The notes below the pieces were generated by a model. It saw only the letters and a list, made by a program, of their open reading frames with translations. It made no database searches and had not been told where the DNA came from. The position numbers were made by a program, and so were the translations under genes. A stretch of 47,151 nucleotides of DNA from Bacteriovoracaceae bacterium (GTDB taxonomy: Bacteria; Bdellovibrionota; Bacteriovoracia; Bacteriovoracales; Bacteriovoracaceae), in assembly GCA_041547255.1 (NCBI GenBank), contig JBFEUX010000001.1:1-47151 (forward strand). Reading direction: 5' to 3'. Shown here in pieces: positions 45,853-47,151 of the stretch. The first letter of the stretch is position 1, and each line of letters opens with the position of its first letter.

Positions 45853-46548
45853 TTACACCCTTTCCTCGATAAAAAACTGGGAGTCCTGAATGGCAAAGCC
45901 GTACCTCAACAATGAACGAAGGACATGGCCATATTGATCTTGCTTTAACTCCAATAATATTTGATTCATTTTTCCTTTACTCTGCAATAGTGTGGTCGCT
46001 GCCTTCTCTGCCCCCATCACCTGAGTCAAGCTCCAGACAATAACGATAAGCCAATCTGGAGTTTGTGGTTTTGATTTTCCTTTAATTAAGATTTCATCAA
46101 CCTCAGGTGGTATATGATTAAGGCTTTCATCGGGAAAAATACCATTGCGTTCAAAGTATATCTCGCACAGCTTTAAGTACATTCCCAACATAAAGACTCT
46201 ACTATTAGATTCAGTATTAAGAAAATCAAATCTTTTCTCCAAATCCAATACATAATCAACTTCATTAAGTTCAATGGCCTCTGGAAATCTACCATACATA
46301 GCGTGATATAAATAAGCTTCTGCAACACGGTCCCTAAAGCCTCGCCAGCCAAGAGCATTAAGCATGCCAGGAATTCCTGCTTTATCCAAGTATTCTTTAA
46401 AGGCCATTTTTACGTATAAATTTAAAAACTGATCTGACTCGATAATATCTAAAAGTTGAGAATAACCTCTTCTACTATTAGAATGAGTAAAACCGCATAA
46501 CCGAGTCATCGTCTCCGGTAAAGAAATTGGGGGTAGATCGTAAATCAT
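45853..46548 (-). CDS. Hypothetical protein, possibly HDOD-like helical domain
   Basis: 231 aa. Its stop codon is 2 nt before the ATPase start. LPETMTRL...LLDIIESDQFLNLYV...MLNALGWRGFRDRVAEAYL loosely follows the HDOD pattern. Confidence 0.35.
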   Translation of the reverse strand: MIYDLPPISLPETMTRLCGFTHSNSRRGYSQLLDIIESDQFLNLYVKMAFKEYLDKAGIPGMLNALGWRGFRDRVAEAYLYHAMYGRFPEAIELNEVDYVLDLEKRFDFLNTESNSRVFMLGMYLKLCEIYFERNGIFPDESLNHIPPEVDEILIKGKSKPQTPDWLIVIVWSLTQVMGAEKAATTLLQSKGKMNQILLELKQDQYGHVLRSLLRYGFAIQDSQFFIEERV

Positions 46549-46603
46549 ATTTTACCTCAGCTACTATTTTATCTATAATAATTCTTAAAGGAAAGTAGTT
46601 CTT

Positions 46604-47083
46604 ATGCCCTTACCAGTTTATAAACTCATTCATGTTAACTCTCACATAAAAGATGCTATTGAGACACAGCTTACTAAAATAAAGTTCGAGCAAACACCTC
46701 TAATTCTAAATCTCACCAACCTAGGAAATTTTCAAAGTGAGGCCATAGAACATATAGAAAACTATTTAGATAAAAAAGGTATTAAGATTATACCTTATGC
46801 AATCTATATAATTGGAAGAGTTCCTGAGTACAGTGGACGCCTGACGGTAATAGAAAATAAAGAATATCTTCCCAAGCATTTTTATCAACGGACTAAAAAT
46901 CTTAATAATAAAGAAAATGCTCTTTTAAAAAAAATTGAATTAAAAAACGAACATTTTAAAAGTATTCAAAACAAAGACTTCTACCCCACGCTAATAAACT
47001 ACGCTGAGAACCATAAAAAAATATATCAGCTATCTGAGGAAAATAGCTATTTGGAAGAAATTTTAAACTCTGTGAAGAATTAA
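46604..47083 (+). CDS. Hypothetical protein
   Basis: 159-aa ORF, divergent from the HDOD-like/ATPase pair. It has a Lys/Asn-rich helical C-terminus. No family recognised. Confidence 0.4.
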   Translation: MPLPVYKLIHVNSHIKDAIETQLTKIKFEQTPLILNLTNLGNFQSEAIEHIENYLDKKGIKIIPYAIYIIGRVPEYSGRLTVIENKEYLPKHFYQRTKNLNNKENALLKKIELKNEHFKSIQNKDFYPTLINYAENHKKIYQLSEENSYLEEILNSVKN

Positions 47084-47084
47084 T

Positions 47085-47151
47085 ATGACAAAACAAGACG
47101 ACGAAAATGATGATTTAATTGGTTTTAAAGAATTTATTGAAGGCCAACAAG
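47085..47151 (+). CDS. 3'-truncated ORF (MTKQDDENDDLIGFKEFIEGQQ...)
   Basis: The ATG is 1 nt after the preceding stop codon, and the frame is open to the window end. It is too short to identify. Confidence 0.3.
   Translation, partial: MTKQDDENDDLIGFKEFIEGQQ

Noticed and set aside
1-47151. I looked for CRISPR arrays, integrase/prophage modules, restriction-modification systems, toxin-antitoxin pairs and known defence-system genes.
   Set aside because: I found no regularly spaced direct repeats and no integrase, recombinase, methyltransferase-nuclease or small-pair architecture. The only mobile-type gene is the RAYT-like transposase.

Overview
This is an AT-rich, very tightly packed bacterial chromosome segment with about 50 protein genes. 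I could not recognise any rRNA, tRNA, tmRNA or CRISPR array. The organism is diderm: it has Pal, YbgF/CpoB, OmpA-type and beta-barrel-like proteins, and many lipoboxes. Most of the window is core housekeeping: eno, gltX and glnS in tandem, carD/cdnL, ndk, sucCD, pal-ybgF, tsaD, rsmA, smpB, tdk, hpt, an nrnA-like DHH phosphoesterase, a CaCA antiporter, and a GldA/F/G-like ABC-2 operon with a DUF4340-like gene. The gene content is compatible with a Bdellovibrionota/Oligoflexia-like lineage: orphan CpaF-type ATPases, a GYF_2 protein, many secreted proteases and lipoproteins, and nucleoside salvage genes. That placement is an unverified guess. I see no canonical defence system, prophage, integron or toxin-antitoxin pair. 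The loci that ordinary annotation does not explain are these: (1) A 5'-truncated ORF at the left edge encodes a lysine-free protein with an Arg/Pro-rich head, about 19% Tyr, 6 Cys and a (D-Y)n acidic tail. (2) A co-oriented block of unknown envelope proteins (1248-9358) includes two giant proteins that share an architecture and a C-terminal motif. (3) A Y1/HUH (RAYT-like) transposase gene is bracketed by a perfect 25-bp inverted pair of hairpin repeats, wedged between a secretion ATPase gene and eno. (4) Two stand-alone CpaF/TadA-type ATPases lack any Tad platform, pilin or secretin neighbours. One is translationally coupled to a cupredoxin-like periplasmic protein, the other to an HDOD-like protein. 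(5) A lipoprotein fuses a degenerate metallophosphoesterase-like domain to a tetrahaem cytochrome c, inside the pal-ybgF-tsaD gene string. (6) A hpt-GHMP kinase-Cys-cluster protein operon lies next to tdk. All functional readings of these loci are inference from sequence motifs only. No database search was possible.
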